DNA from: Octopus sinensis
Lineage: Eukaryota
Assembly (NCBI RefSeq): GCF_006345805.1
Contig: NC_043003.1
Span: 101,122,001 to 101,186,000 of the forward strand
Reading direction: 5' to 3'
DNA length: 64,000 nt
Under the pieces are notes generated by a model. The model ran no database searches, had not been told where the DNA came from, and saw only the letters and a list, made by a program, of their open reading frames with translations. Shown here piece after piece: positions 60,366 through 64,000 of this stretch (position 1 is its first letter; each line of letters starts with the position of its first letter). Made by a program: the position numbers and the translations under genes.

Positions 60366-62438
60366 CACTACATTTGTGGAAAAAATGAACAAAAAAGACA
60401 TGAAGACAAAAAAAAACATGTTGTTTGATGTGGAAACACTGGTCGCTTCAAGTGATAACAGATTGGCGCATGTCGCAGATGGACTAATAGGGAAGGCACA
60501 AACGTGTGCCGTACCTGGCAGGTCCATTCAGGATAATCTCCATCTAATTAGATACACTATAGAGGGAATTAATAGCGATCCCGGCAAGGGAGGGGCAGTG
60601 GTCCACTTAGACCAATCAAAAGCTTTCGATAGGGTCGACCATCATTACCTGGTGTCTGTTCTGGCTCAGTTCGGCCTGGGTTCCTCAGGTGGATCATCGA
60701 AATGTACGATAACGTCGACTCGGTAGTTCGGGTGAACGGCTTTATTTCTAAGCCGTTCAGAGTCAAATGCTCGGTTCGTCAAGGATGCTCACTCTCCCCG
60801 CTTTTGTATGTAGTGGCTCTCGAGCCGCTGCTGCGAAAACTGAGTGGCATCCCGAGGCAGCCAGGTCGTGGAATGTCGGTTTCGGCGTACGCGGATGACA
60901 TCACTATCATCGTGACTGAAGTGGACCTCCTACGTAAAGTAGGCAAGGCCATAGAGGTTTACGAGACGGTGACAGGAGCAAAAGTTAATCGCGAAAAGTC
61001 AGTCGGCTTGCAGCTCGGCACCTGGAGAGGCAAGTCGATGCCTTCAGACAGCGTCGTGGGACGTTGGACGGAGGGTCCGATTAAGTTGCTCGGGGTTTGG
61101 TTCGGACCAGACCTCCAAATAGAGAAGAACTGGAGCGAGGTATCGAGCAGGGTGGCTGCAGTAGCCAAGACCTGGTCTTGGCGGTGGTTATCCCTGAGGT
61201 AGCCAATGTGTTCATCGCATCGGTGATCACCTACCTTGCCCGGATTCGTGGTTGACCAAGTTGGAAAGACAGCTCTTTCACTTTTTGTGGAAGAGCTCGA
61301 AACCACTTGTGAGACGCTCTGTTTGTTGTCAAAAACCGTTAAAGGGTGGACTAGGGATGCCGTGGCTAATGATGCGCAGAAATGCGCTGAGGTTAAGGCA
61401 TCTGTGGCTCCATCTGGATGGTGAACGGGTGTGGTCTCCGTTGGCGAAACAGATGTTTCCCAATTTCACCAGTTTTGGTGGACGGGAAGCCTGGTATAAT
61501 CGCAGATCGAAGTTGGATACATGGTATACGGAGTGTCGCAAGGCACTCCGACTATTCCGTCGCTCGGGCAATGCCTGCGGCAGTGGTTCTACCGCTGTTT
61601 TCTATAGAGGGTTTGTAGAGGTCGGTTGCGATGATACATTAGGGGAAACCCTAGGTTTCGACGATAATCAGCTGGCCAGTCTGTTCCAACGTACATTTGG
61701 GCCGAGGACCCTGGATAATTTTCAGAAGTCCTTAGCTTGGCAGTGTTACCGAGGAGCCTTACCTGTTTGGGATAAACTCGCAAGGCACGGTGGCCAAGTC
61801 AGCCCGACCTGTCCGAGGTGTGGGTGAGACAGGGAAACCATCTCGCACGCGGTCGTGCAGTGCTCGGAGGTGGCAGACATGTGGGTTTTTGCCGAACAAC
61901 TGTTGTCAAGTGGAGGAAGAGTACAGCTATCGACTGAATCCATTGTAAAAATTGACCCACCGGATTTCTTAACGAAAGAAGGTAAGAATTGTTTTCTCTC
62001 TGTGGTTTCAATTGCGAAACAGGCAGTATGGAAGACGAGGATGAAAGGGGTGATAGCAGGCAACTTCATCTCTGGTTCTAGTCTGGTGGAATATTTTAAA
62101 TTCCACCTAAAAAGACAAATAGAACAAGAGAGGAGGGGCCTGAGTAAGAAAGTGTTCGATGAAAGATGGAAGAATATTGTGAGTAAAAGGACCCTCATAA
62201 ATGCGAGGTAAGCCGGAAAAAAAAGAAGGAAAAAAACCTAAGATCAGTGTCGTGGCGGGGTTTGTGGGGTCCGTAAGCCCGCCCCACTCCATCTGTGAAA
62301 TTGCTTGTGTAAAAAATGTCCTATCATCCGAATTATATATTGATTTGTAAATTTTTAATAGACCCCAACGCATATTCATGTAAAATCATTTGTGATGTTC
62401 TGTCTTTATATGTATAACCGTATGGTGAATAAAGAAAT
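60150..62438 (+). mobile_element. Element C: internally deleted Tx1-like LINE (own 5' segment joined to the RT)
   Basis: About 300 bp of 5'-UTR-like sequence, then RLAHVADGLIG..DQSKAFDRV, RQGCSLSP, YADD and CPRC..HAVVQC, with small deletions and a divergent tail. Confidence 0.85.
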
Positions 62439-62631
62439 AAGAGCTAACAATTCCAGTCTGTTATATATTTTGAGTATTGTTATCACTAGCGATATCAAGA
62501 TATAACTTTGTATTTTGTATTTTATGTGTAGATGTATATATATAGATGTACATGTAATATGTACACATATATATACACATATATACATCCACTAGCACTA
62601 TGACCCGGCAACGACGGGTCTTTAATGCTAG

Positions 62632-62810
62632 TATATGTATATATACATACACATATATACATATACATACATACATATATACATATGCATACATATATAA
62701 TATATGTATATATACATACATACATATATACATACATACATATATACATATGCATACATATATAATATATGTATATATACATACATACATATATATATAT
62801 ATATACTTAT
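62632..62810. repeat. (TA/TACA)n microsatellite
   Basis: Read directly from the sequence. Confidence 0.95.
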
Positions 62811-62859
62811 ATTCTCTTATGTTTCAACCTTGAGGTTGTGGCCATGTTGGGACACTGCC

Positions 62860-64000
62860 AGTGTAATCACCTTTCAATTGGCCAATTCTGTGTGATTGAT
62901 TTTTGGTGAAGGAATGAGTTCAATACCATTGCCCTTTTCTTAGTTTCCTGCCCTAATATTGGTTCGTCTGAGATCTTGGATAACAAGAGGTCAAGATGTT
63001 TCTTGGAAACAACTACCACCACCCCATGGAGATTCCTCAGATGTTTTGGCAAGGCATTAAATAGCTGCAGGCCCTTGAATCCCAAGCAACAAATCACAAG
63101 TACATGGTTCTCACCTTAGATGAGACAGCTGGGACTTTTGGAACAGTGCAGTGACGTCCAATTCAAGGTCTGGTATAATTCTCAATTTCAAAGTATGGTG
63201 CCAGTTCCTCCAGTATCTTCCACACATATATGAATGCATATCTCTCCTGTCTTCACTCCTGGGAGGAGAGTCATAGCTCTCTTAGTCTCTCCCAATAGCT
63301 CAGCTATTCCATTGATGCAATCTTCCTCATGTAGCATCGCCGAACCACCTGAAGTGTAAGGTGACCACAGTTGAGAGCAGTAGTCCAGATGGCTGAGGAC
63401 AAATGTCCTCCATAGGACTAGCATAGTTTTCTGGTCCCTTCATCTGAAGGTTCCCAGAATCCATCCAGCCATTCGCTTGTACATTGCCCCCATTTTTGTG
63501 ATATGCATGTAAAACGAGGCATTGTTGCTTATATCAATCCCAAGATCATGCACCATATGTGATTCAAGGATTGCTGCTCCTTTTGGTCCAGAGTGTCATT
63601 GTTGTGACTTCTGACTACCAATTAGCTGGTAGCAGAGAGTTTGGAATTTGCCTGCATTAAATAGCATGTTGTTGTTCTCAGCCCATTTATACATGACATC
63701 TAGGTTTTTCTGTTGGCATCAGAAAGTTTCTTGACAGCTTGTGCTACTTTTGTGTCATTGGCATAGCTAGTAAATGTGGCTGTATGTGTAACTGATGCCA
63801 TGTCTGAAAGAACCACCATGAACAGCAGCAGCCACAATATAGTTCTTTGGCACATTCCACTTTCTATTACTGTCTCCGTTGAGGCAGCCCCATTCGCTGC
63901 TAGAGCCTGGCTTCTGTCTTTTAAGAAGTCATACAACCACTCTGAGTTTCCCACTTATGCTGAGTCTCCATAGTTTGTGACATATGATGCTATGACTAAC
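62860..64000 (-). mobile_element. Degraded CR1/L2-like LINE RT and C-terminus
   Basis: ESGMCQRTILWLLLFMV..YANDTKV, LWRTFVLSHLDYCSQLWSPY and GLQLFNALPKHLRN. Confidence 0.8.

Larger units (their letters stand above)
53424..62631 (+). mobile_element. Non-autonomous Helitron hosting the LINE array
   Basis: A|TCTTTATATATATAAAACTGAGAATGTGTGTCTGTC start at 53424 (like 19565). 3' hairpin GACCCG-GCAACGA-CGGGTC followed by CTAG|T at 62628-31. Confidence 0.75.

Overview
AT-rich, repeat-dominated animal genomic DNA. The SINE, RTE and microsatellite content looks cephalopod (Octopus-like); this is inference, not a search result. There is no intact, nameable host gene, only three candidate minus-strand exons at 45.7-47.2 kb. 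The rest is a nested transposon landscape: Ty3/Gypsy-type LTR pieces, RTE, CR1-like and Tx1-like LINEs, Penelope remnants (one with a hammerhead-like core), Helitron derivatives, pogo, Tc1, mariner, piggyBac, Academ-like and Chapaev-like remnants, tRNA SINEs and long microsatellites. The most striking structure is at 53.4-62.6 kb. Three different but related Tx1/L1-clade elements are stacked head-to-tail at one short target sequence (AAGAGCTAACAATTCCAGTCTGTTATA), with nested 27-bp and 14-bp duplications, and that target lies inside a non-autonomous Helitron. The first element is an intact ORF1-only (half-LINE-like) element. It keeps the ~40-nt LINE 3' tail, which also appears on a SINE at 35.9 kb. 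Other notable structures are a mirror-image pair of composite Helitrons (15.5-20 kb) and an LTR/Tc1/Tx1 nest with a 6-bp TSD and a palindromic junction (21-28 kb). Identity statements are by eye, and family names come from motif recognition only.
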